A stretch of 64,000 nucleotides of DNA, from contig OX597814.1 of assembly GCA_951406725.2 (NCBI GenBank), positions 13,826,001 to 13,890,000 on the forward strand, read 5' to 3'. Numbering within the stretch: position 1 is the first letter of the stretch; each line of letters starts with the position of its first letter. The position numbers and the translations under genes were made by a program. The notes beneath the pieces are model-generated. The model was not told where the DNA came from. It ran no database searches and was given only the letters and a program-made list of their open reading frames with translations. The DNA comes from Octopus vulgaris. Lineage: Eukaryota. This document shows positions 53,394 through 64,000 of this stretch, in pieces.

Positions 53394-53470
53394 TATGACG
53401 GTCTTCTTTCAGTTCCCATCTACCAATTGGACTTACGAGGCTTTGGTCGGCCTGAAGCTATATAGAAGAC
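52835..53470 (-). mobile_element. SINE family A copy split by a hammerhead element
   Basis: 52835-53060 and 53398-53470 match consecutive parts of 39095-39548. The internal TA tract holds 53070-53271. Confidence 0.75.
53070..53271 (-). mobile_element. Variant-hammerhead short element, copy 4
   Basis: Minus strand CTTT-CCGTAGA-A-GAGC-GAAG-GCTC-GAAACGTA-AAAG (53162-53197). Stems I and II are perfect. Confidence 0.78.
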
Positions 53471-53934
53471 TCTTTAAAATATGAAGTTCAATTTCTTGTT
53501 GCCATCTGTTGGCAACTTTTCTCTCGCATTTTTTAGGGGGTATTACCCATTTATCTGACCTCTTTTCACAACTATACTCGTTCGAAATTTCCATTAGTTG
53601 TTGTATGAAAAAAACTGAAGGAGTGAGGTTTGTTTGTTGTTTGTAAAGAAAACGTTAAACGTGCTTCAAAAAAAGTGTTCTTTACCCGAAAGAAAAGATA
53701 TGAAGAATTATCAAACGAAGCGAATAAGTACCGGGGGTGGAGGCAAGAATGGAAAACTAACAAAGGAGACTTCTAGAACTCCCAAAAAGGAAAGGTAATC
53801 ACCTGAGAGACTTTCCCTCTATTCATTCCTAAATGTCTTTCCGTCATGTTAAATGTATAGAAGCTAGAAAAGATCGATCGTATTCCAATCTAGTTGTCAT
53901 TTCTCTGTCTCTATCGCTTCCCTCTATTTCGCTA

Positions 53935-54262
53935 CGGTGTATGACTCAATGGTTTGGGGAATTCGGCCCACGAGCATAAAGTAATGAGTACAATTCCCGG
54001 TGGCGCGATGTGTGTGTTTTTGCGTTAGGTACTCTGCTTCACCTTGTTGCAGTCCAGTCCATTCAGCTGGAAAAAATAGCTGTAATTGTAATTGAATATG
54101 GCCAGCCTAGTCAAATTATGCGTGAGGCTGAAACTCTCTAAGAACTACGTTATGGTATGCATATCTGAGGAGTACTCAGCCGCTTGTGCGTTTATCTTAC
54201 GAGCAGACTGTTCCATTGATCAGATAAACCGGAACCTCGTCATCGTAACCGACGGAGTGCCA
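53935..54262 (+). mobile_element. Older SINE related to family D
   Basis: Shares GAGAACTACGTTA..GAGCAG.CTGTTCC.TTGAT..CCGGAACC.TCGTCATCGTAACCGACGGAGTGC with 46940-47070. Confidence 0.7.
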
Positions 54263-54789
54263 TTTTCTGAATGAATGAAGGAAAAGAATATGTTCCATTG
54301 CGTAAGGTAAATATGTCATGTGCTTAGTATAACGTATGAAATCTAAGACGAAATAATTGCTATTCCATCGTGTAATGAATTCTCCCTCGACTGACGCTCA
54401 GATTGAAAGCAACACCCTGCGCATCGGTATTTATCTGGGAGTTGGCCTCCAGATCTGTGAGACCCACAAATGCTGCTGTTAGGACCAGATTAACAACCAT
54501 AGTGAGCCGAATGACTAAAGAGATTTTCCTTCCCCCCTATATAAGATCTACTTTTGTTTTCTTCCAGCCACTTGAAAATTTATCTTGCTCCAGTCCACTC
54601 AGCTGGCCAAGTGGAATTGTAGCTGTAATTGAAAGGGGTCAGAATTGTCATATTCTCTGTGAGGCTAAACCTCCCTGAGAACTACGTTAATGGTATACAT
54701 CGAAAAAGGCAATGCGATAGACAATTAATGGCCGATATCCTGTTTGCCACTTATGTGGAAGTTATTCACTGGAATACTCGCAGGGTCAA

Positions 54790-55380
54790 TGTACCAATAT
54801 CTGGAAGAAATGGCGTCCTGCCACATCAGCAGACGAGTTGCAAGCATAAGTGCAGAGGCACCAAGGATAAACTCCTAATAGATAAAAATGTACTTAGAGA
54901 GTGTAAGAGGAGGAAAAGTAACTTAGCCATGTCATGGATCGAATATTTTAAGGCGTACGATATAATCCCGGATTCTGGGATTATGGAATGTAAAAACCTA
55001 TTTGGTACTGCGTCGAATATTGAATGATTGCTTGGAAAAATTATGGCGAATTGGAGAACGGATCTGACAGCATACGGAAGAAGTTTAGGGATAGTAGATA
55101 TTAGGAAGGGCATCTTTAAACAGAACTGCCTGTGCCCACTGACCTCTTTAAGGTGCTAGATACCACTAACGTTGATTCTGAGGAAAGCAATGTCTTTGTA
55201 TGTATTCAGTTCAATGATTTGGTATTTATGGATAACTTCAAACTTTATGGTAAAGATGATGCCCAAGTCAGTTCTCTCGTTGACACGGTGTATACCTTCA
55301 GTGCTGATATCTAGTTAGGACTGAGAAAGTGAGGTGTGTTAGTCATGAAGAGAAGCAAAATCAAATGTATGGATCGGCTG
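54790..55380 (+). pseudogene. Decayed R4/Dong-type RT fragment
   Basis: [37 protein letters not shown] and FMDNFKLYGKDD parallel EQKGCRKGSYGCKDQLMINK..LSMAWIDYKKAFDSIP and YMDDLKLYA. Confidence 0.8.
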
Positions 55381-56569
55381 CTCGTCTTGGTGACCGACGG
55401 CGTTCCAATTATATATTCTTTTACTGAAATACATCAAATTCTGTTTCGGGAAATGGTAAATGGTAAATGAAGAAGTAATTGCACAAGTTTCATAGTCTAC
55501 AACATGAGGTTTTCGTTGAATGCTGCCGCTATTTGACGAGGACACAGTAAATGGATGCTGAAAATATCAGCAGGCAGGAGAATTTCTTACCTTGTGAAGG
55601 GGATGGAGCTGTAAGACATCTACTAGGGGAAGTATTTGATGCATTCCTGTTCATGCCTCTGCAAAAGAGCAACTGTTAAGTACTTCATAAATATTTTAGG
55701 AATTTGATATTTATATGGACATGATACCTGTTGAAGGATATCTTAGAAAAGGTGTAATAGTGTAGGAAATTTTTATTTGTTATAGCAATGTTGCGATTTG
55801 AAATAGGCACTGTGATGATAGTGCATGTTCATATACTACGATAAACATGATGGAAACTTCTTGATAGTCTGATGTGAATTTCTGCTCAGACTATCGTAAA
55901 GTAGTCCGTGGTAACATGTGGTATAATTGACAACAAGGCTGCTATTTGGACTTTGAAACTATTATTTCGGTAAGCCTTGACAGCACAGAACATTTATGAC
56001 CATCATGTAGGTTTGTGTAAGAAAGATTACAACTTTGTTTTTGTGACTCCTTCCTAATCTAGGAAGTATTTTCCTTCCCGTTGCTGATGTTGGTGCTTTG
56101 TTACCATTGCCAATATATCATGAATTCAGATATTAATCAGGGTACTTATACAACGAAAGAAGTCGCGATCTTCATTAACGCACTAATCTTTCTTTCAATC
56201 AGAGTGTAACCAATATTAGTGTATCATATGGCATACTTCTTACAACATGATCGGGTGTGATTCTAAATATAGTTAACTGATAACTTTATTTGACATTCCG
56301 TATTTTAATTTTGCAATTCACAATGTATACATGATAACACATTGATAACACATGAATTTCTTAGGAAATTAAATTGGATCCATGCCAAAGAAAATATATT
56401 TTCCGGGTTTGGTGGAAAACCATGTTATTGCAATAACTATCTTTCTGGATTGGTCTCTCCTCATGCGCAATGGGGTGTATTCTTTAGACGAAGATATTTC
56501 TGTTAATAAATAAATAATTTAAAACTTTATATTTTATTTTCATTGTATTATCATTATAAACGTTCTTAC

Positions 56570-56880
<311 letters not shown>

Positions 56881-57831
56881 AACAACGATTCGTGTCTCTT
56901 CCTCAATGCACTGTTTAACCATTTTCTTATCTATGTTTGACTTCGGTAGCAGGGTTTGGCACATTCTAAATACGATCTATTATTCTCTTTTAATTTAGTT
57001 GATCATAAAGAAAATCAATTCATATGCATTTTGTTAAGACTCCCTTCACAGCTTTCGGTTTGACGATATATTCGTTTCCATTGCAGTAAAAACTCAATTT
57101 CTAAAGCCTTCACTACACTTGAGCATTACCTTTCTCTTGGATGATTTTGCGTGTTTATTCGCGTAAGAAATATAAGAAAAGACACACAAAAACAGTAAAA
57201 GTTACAAATATAATGGTCAGTTATTGATTCGCATTCTCAGTCGCAGGCAGCATATTTTCAATAAAATGAAAGAATTGCGTCTGACTAATAAATTTGGCAA
57301 ATAGGTTTCAATTATATATTTGTTGTCGACAACAATAACAAATATATTACTTGTAACATTACATTTTCATAAAATCGATGTAAATTATACAAGGAAATAA
57401 ATAAATAAAAATACACTTGCAATATGACTATTCTTTCTTGGAAACAAAATTCTTCATGACTATTCATATATAAAATGTAAATGGGCAGGAGAAAGGGGTG
57501 ATTCACAATTACAGTAAGCAGAAGGAGTTAATTGATGTGAATGGACACTTACAAAACATAGTATCAACGACCTGAAGATCCGCCATCACAACAGGTTCTC
57601 TTTAGATGTTCATACTGATCTCTTTACTCAAGATCTTATGAAGCAATTTCACAATGTTTATCGTTCTTCTCTGGATTTAATCGATATTTACTCAATTTTG
57701 TAGCAATATATTTTTACATCAATATAAGCATCCGAAAGTATGGATACTACAAGGTCACATAAAAACAAAAACATATATGTATTCGCATATCATATGTATG
57801 CAAATACACACAGAGACACACATACACGCCC

Positions 57832-57874
<43 letters not shown>

Positions 57875-57906
57875 TAGATAGATAGATAGATAGATAAATA
57901 GATATA

Positions 57907-58021
<115 letters not shown>

Positions 58022-58200
58022 CCAGGAAATCTGTCTAAGAGATGAACGTAGTAACGTTTGTCACCACTCCAAAATGGTTGTTCGGACGAATCGATGTGAC
58101 TACCATTTTTATCAGGCAAAAGGACACCTCCTCTAGCTGGTTATATACGCAATCTGTACCCGACATATATTGCAAGCAGGTGGACGAAACACTACACGCA

Positions 58201-58249
<49 letters not shown>

Positions 58250-59239
58250 AGAGAGAGAGAGAGAGGGGGGAGAGAGAAAATATCGCAAATGGAATCGAAC
58301 GACGATTAGTGACATAAAGTGGGGATTGACACATAACAGAAAATTTGAGGAGAAAGGATATGGTGTGGCAGGAGATGAAGATGGGTACAAACATGTATGA
58401 GTATGTATATAGAAGCAATCATATATATGAATATGAACAAGAGATTGTGTGTGTGTGTTTTGTGTGTGTGTTTGTTTGTTACGTAGTGAATATTTGGGGA
58501 AAGTAATAAAATGTTTCAATATATCACCTGGCATATGAGAACGATATACTTAGATTATGTGAAGATATCACCACAACCCTGTAATATCAATGCGCCTGCA
58601 TTCGCATGGATGATACTACAACAGAAATCTTCCTGATGAAGAGCGAGTTATCCAGCCTCCTGGAAACTTCTCTCCAAATAGCTCGGGATACTAACCGTAC
58701 ATTTCCTTGTTAGCTTGCTTCTTCTGTTACTAGCCTCCAAACTTCCTTCCGTTGTAATGATTTCCAGGCCTCTGATTCTTCAATTATGGCTATAATTGAC
58801 GCTCTTCTGTTTTCTCGCAATGTTCATGTGTTGTCAACTTTCACCTAATTCCTGTAAGAGCCTCGAAACATTCTCTTATACACCCACATCACAAATGCAT
58901 TGATTATATTCTCTTTACAAACAGCTATTGACCAAATAAGCGTTCGCAAAAGCATTGTGTTCAACTTAATTTTAGGCATAAACTTGAAAAATTGGTGTGT
59001 ATAGACTGCGTGGTGTGGCGGTGTGAATTTGTGAGCATATAATGTTTTACATGCACAATGTTTTATGTATGGGATGGGAGGCTATCGTGATATTAGGTGT
59101 ACAATATTGGGATATACATGCTTAAAGTAAAGGGACATCTAAGGACGTGGACTGATCCATAATGTCTGAGCTGTAGCCATAGTAACAAATCTAACGTACG
59201 GAGAGTGAAGCTGCTTGGTACAGATTAACTTAAACTCTG

Positions 59240-59620
59240 CTGTCCTTGCGTACTAAGTCTTAACGTTCTAGCTCACGCTCACTGTGATTTGTAACGTTTG
59301 ATCATCACATGAAACATAACAGAATTGTGTCAAAAAAAAAATATCCAAATGGAGAATCAGCACACTCCAACACAAATACGGATTCATTGGTGGCTCGGAA
59401 AACCAATTCAAAGTCCGTTATCTTAATCATATCTCATCATTCCGAAAGATAAACAGATAACACGCAATTTCACTGGCAGAGCTACCATGGAGACAGAAAA
59501 AAAATCAAAAATTAAATACAAAATGGAATGGTCAAAAATAAAAAAAAAGCACACCCATGTAATTTGCTATCCGGTGAATTTGACATTTGACTTGAGGAAG
59601 CATTGAGTAATAAAAACCTG
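59240..59620 (+). pseudogene. Decayed PLE GIY-YIG endonuclease fragment
   Basis: KYGFIGGSENQFKVRYLNHISSFRK parallels KYVGLTEGNFKARFNNHTLSFRH; YKMEWS follows. Confidence 0.6.
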
Positions 59621-59973
59621 GTAAGCAGGCATGATGAGAAAATTCCGAGGTACTAACACCGCGCCAAATATGTATTTTCAAGATGGGACACTGTATAAAA
59701 ATATTAATTATAATTCAGGTTTTCCCAAACGCCTTCCCACCCTTCCTCTCATTGCCATACAGTATGTACATGCATATATGTTGGACTGCCCAAAAATATA
59801 TCTATGTACAAACATATATGTAAATATATGAATATGTGCGTATATATGTATATGAATGTATTTGTTGATCGGTGTGTATGTGTGTGTGTGTAAGGTACTA
59901 AAATGTAAGTCTATTGGATTAACGAACATTTTTCCTATTATTTTTTCTTTCTATTTTATCTTTGCCATATAAT

Positions 59974-60052
59974 TGTTCTGAAGATGTTTATCAATTGTAA
60001 CGAGGTAAATGTAAATTTACCCCATGTTGATAAATAGAAACACCTGTAAACA
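59974..60052 (+). ncRNA. Type I hammerhead ribozyme with canonical core
   Basis: Stem I TGTT/AACA; CTGAAGA; stem II TGTTTATCAA/TTGATAAATA with inner hairpin GGTAAAT/ATTTACC; GAAA; stem III ACA-CC-TGT; GUA site. Confidence 0.8.
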
Positions 60053-60154
60053 CACTCTTATTTCAATTAAATAATGACTTTAAAAAAACAATGATCCACT
60101 TTTCATTGTTAATTATTGGTCCATTTCTTATCGTCTCTCACTCTCTCTCTCTCT

Positions 60155-60203
<49 letters not shown>

Positions 60204-60208
60204 TAGAG

Positions 60209-60285
<77 letters not shown>

Positions 60286-60796
60286 TCTGGGGATACCCAG
60301 AGATGTTTATGTATGTATATATATATGTATATATATATATATGTATATATACGTAAGTAGTTGAATATGTATGAAGGTATCTGTGAGTGTATGCATCTGG
60401 GCATATATACATGAATGTATATGGGTGAGAGTTTGTGTGTCTCTGGAACACCGAATACTGAAGATGAGATAATAAAATTTCACATGTGCTGCCTAACATG
60501 AGGAAGAGCTCAAAAAAGCTGACAGTACCAAGATAAACATACAATACATCTAATCCACTCATACCAGGCACGCAGATGCAAGTTAACAGAAAGCGGAAGA
60601 GAACTTCCAGCGTCTAAAAAGTTGAAAGGTTTAGTCGAAGGTTTATTAAATAACGGTGACAGCAATTGAATATCACCTGAGGAAATACAATTAGATCTCA
60701 TTGGTTGCATAATCAAATACCTGTATATCCGAAGAACTATGATGTATGAAAACATTTGTACACGTTTTTGATGACTATCTACTATCTTCTTCAATG

Positions 60797-60843
<47 letters not shown>

Positions 60844-61197
60844 TGTGTGTGTATACACAGATACATACCTACATACATATAAATAACGGCATACACACAT
60901 ATAACGTGCGATCGTGTGTCTAATACATAGACTTGGTGAGATACCCCATTTAAGACTTTTACTTTCCTCTATACAGTAGTAATAAAAAAATACTTACGCT
61001 GTCAAGCCTGCCAATTGCTGTAACATACTGGAAGTTCCAACGGATTCGGTGTGATTTATATTAGAGAGCGCTCATCATTATACATACACCTAAAATATTT
61101 AGCGAATGTATGGTAAATTATATAAAGTCTTACTCGCTTGTGCTAAACTGATAAACTACTGTCTGCCCTATACTTTGTATATATATATATATATATA

Positions 61198-61705
61198 CGT
61201 AACCCAGTACAAGCTGTTGCATGATCGGCGACTAAACCGGCAACCCCACCAAGCTTGCTTGCTGAGGAGGGTGTTTATTGTACATCCTGCGGGAGGAAAT
61301 ACAAAACCTGTCAAAGGGCGGAGGAACTCTTGAGAGTCAACGGCCATCCAATAAATGTCTTAAGGCTGTATCATGCGCGGGGAAATAGAAATAATCGGAC
61401 TGAATAACCGATCGTGCGGTTAAACCATTGGAAGTGAAGGACTCCTAGCCTTTGTTAGGGCATCCTTCTAGGAGAAGGTAACTCAGGTAACTGGGATAAC
61501 TCCGACATAAAACCTGCGGCTCAGTGGTTACCGATGATGTTGACTTGTTCTCCTTTTCGGATTATGGCTGCTGTTGCTTAGTGAGTGGGATTGACTCAGT
61601 ACACAGCCTTTCCTCAGAAAAAAATCTTCTTGTACAGGCATTGCACGATAACAACATTGATTAAGCTTCGCGCAATGGCCATACACGGTAACGAGGGGGC
61701 AGCCA

Positions 61706-61707
<2 letters not shown>
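61198..61707 (+). mobile_element. 510-bp non-coding element in (TA)n, probable non-autonomous RTE derivative
   Basis: GC-richer, with (TA)n on both sides. GGGCATCCTTCTAGGAGAAGGTAACTC resembles the RTE 5'-UTR motif as I recall it. Confidence 0.55.
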
Positions 61708-61745
<38 letters not shown>

Positions 61746-62691
61746 GTGTGTGTGTATTTGTGTGTTTGTGTGTGTGTATGTGTGTGTGTGTCTCTGTGCG
61801 TGAATAACTGAAAATTGTGTACATATTTTTGACAGAGAATTTTTTAAGTATGATTCACAAAAGAAGCCACAATGAATATATTGCTTAAAATTGTTGACCA
61901 AACATCATTAAAATTTCTATATATTCCGACACTGATATGCAATTGTGTGTTATCAGCACTGTGGAAGGTCATGAGGTGTAGAGAGCTAAAGGGAAAAGAC
62001 GAAAGAGCAAAAGTACTGACAATGATGATCACCAAAAAATAGCTTTCGACCAATACGGTAAACCAAGACAAGAAGTGGGAAACAAAGCAGGAAATTTACA
62101 AAAGTATACGCATAACGTGTTTCGATACGACGATAGTATCTAGGAAAATTGTGCAAAGTAACATTAAGAGAACAAAACAAATATCAATTGTAGTGAAAAG
62201 AAAATGGGTAAATAAATGAAACAAGCCCAGAGGCGAAAGTCATTTTCAAAGATAACATTCATTTCATGGAAGTATGAAGGGGTAGATAAAAGTATAACGG
62301 GATGATGCTAAACTGCAGATTCATGAAGGGGAGAGATATATAGGGTAAGAGCAGAGCCAAGAGAGAGAAAGAGAATGATAAATTGACATGGACGAAACAA
62401 TCGCAGAGACAACGAAAATAAAAAAGAGTAGAAAGTGTCGACGATGCGAATAAACTATAATTAAATAGTCAACGGTGTAAAGAAGGGAGACAAAAAATAA
62501 TGTAATGGAGAGAAGCAGAGAATTTGAATGTGTTTATGTATATACATATATGTTAGTATACATCTAAATACATGTGTGTATGTTTATCTGTACACATGCT
62601 TATGAACATGCGTAAGTGTGTGTGTGTGTCTTTGTATGCTTATATGTGTATAGATGCTTGTATGCATCTTTATATATGTATGAATGCATGA

Positions 62692-62767
<76 letters not shown>

Positions 62768-63221
62768 ATATGTATGCGCATATAATTTATAACTGTTTCA
62801 TCCACTAGAAACCGTTATAAATTTTCTTACATTATATAAAATATAATTGGATATTTTCAATTTGTTTCAATTTACACCTTTATTCAAACCATTATTTTCA
62901 TACTTGGACTAACTTTTTTAAAATGAAATTATTGAAATAAATATTTGAATGAATAAATATTAACATACAGATATTTATTTTCGCAGGAAAAATCTTATAA
63001 AGATACTAACACACCAATGATTTTGCACGTATACAAAAATTTAGGCAAGTGCACTGTGAAAATAGCACATATATGTGTGTGCGTATATGTGTGTGCGTGT
63101 GTGTGTGCGTATGTGTGTGTGTGTATGCGTGTGCATGCGTATGTGCGTGTGTGTGCATGCGTGTGCAGTTTGGGTGTACATTTATTTTCGCATGTATGTA
63201 TATAAATGTTTGTGTATACAG

Positions 63222-63272
<51 letters not shown>

Positions 63273-63795
63273 ATATATATATGTATGTGTGTGTGTGTGT
63301 GTGTGTATGTACATAATTACATCAAGCACAATTGAAATGTAATAATATACAACATATAATTCAGTTATTTATTTCAAGAAGCGTTCAATCTGTACATTCA
63401 TTTTTAAATCTTTATTACAAACATTTTTCTTTATTCTTTCGAGAAACAAAATTTAAAAATACAAATTAGGTAACTAAACACAGGCGCATACAAAAGCACT
63501 AGAACACATGTACTCTAAATTCTCGTACATGCCATACAACTGTTTGCACAATTACATACGCCTATACACATTCACATACAGACGGGCACAAGTTTTGTAA
63601 TTCGCACACTGCTGTACATAACCATACCAGACTCTCAAAATTTGAACAACAGGCATTTGTAAAAAGAAATATCTCTCAGAATTAATTACAAAATGTAGTA
63701 CCTCTATAAGAGGTATTTTAGGATCTTATGGCTGATATATATATATATGTGTGTGTATGTGTATATTTCAAATAATATTACAGGCAGCTTATGTC

Positions 63796-63882
<87 letters not shown>

Positions 63883-64000
63883 CATATATATATACTATAT
63901 CCTAAAATAATCTAAACATATGTACGTACATTAATGCGTATAGATATGAAAATAACCACACGCCTTCTCACATTCATGCCTATTTCATAGCAACTGCACA

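Overview
AT-rich, microsatellite-dense eukaryotic (animal) DNA with no confidently identifiable host gene. The SINE families look like those I recall from octopus genomes, which is an inference and has not been checked. The window is a transposon landscape with these main elements: (1) a young Penelope-like element (PLE: RT + GIY-YIG endonuclease) present as a head-to-head ~1.75 kb near-perfect inverted repeat inside a (TA)n tract, with a type I hammerhead ribozyme (HHR) in each arm; (2) a near-intact 5'-truncated R4/Dong-type LINE in a (TTA)n tract, whose 5' junction is reiterated as 5x41 bp then 13x21 bp, all ending at the same base; (3) a dispersed family of ~200-bp non-coding, microsatellite-associated elements carrying minimal hammerheads, four of them with U instead of the normally invariant A6; (4) further HHRs next to decayed PLE fragments; (5) Helitrons, Tc1/mariner, piggyBac- and Merlin-like MITEs, several SINE families, old R4 fragments and several long palindromes. 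Most short ORFs in the track are microsatellite translation artefacts. All alignments and folds were done by eye; boundaries of decayed elements are approximate.
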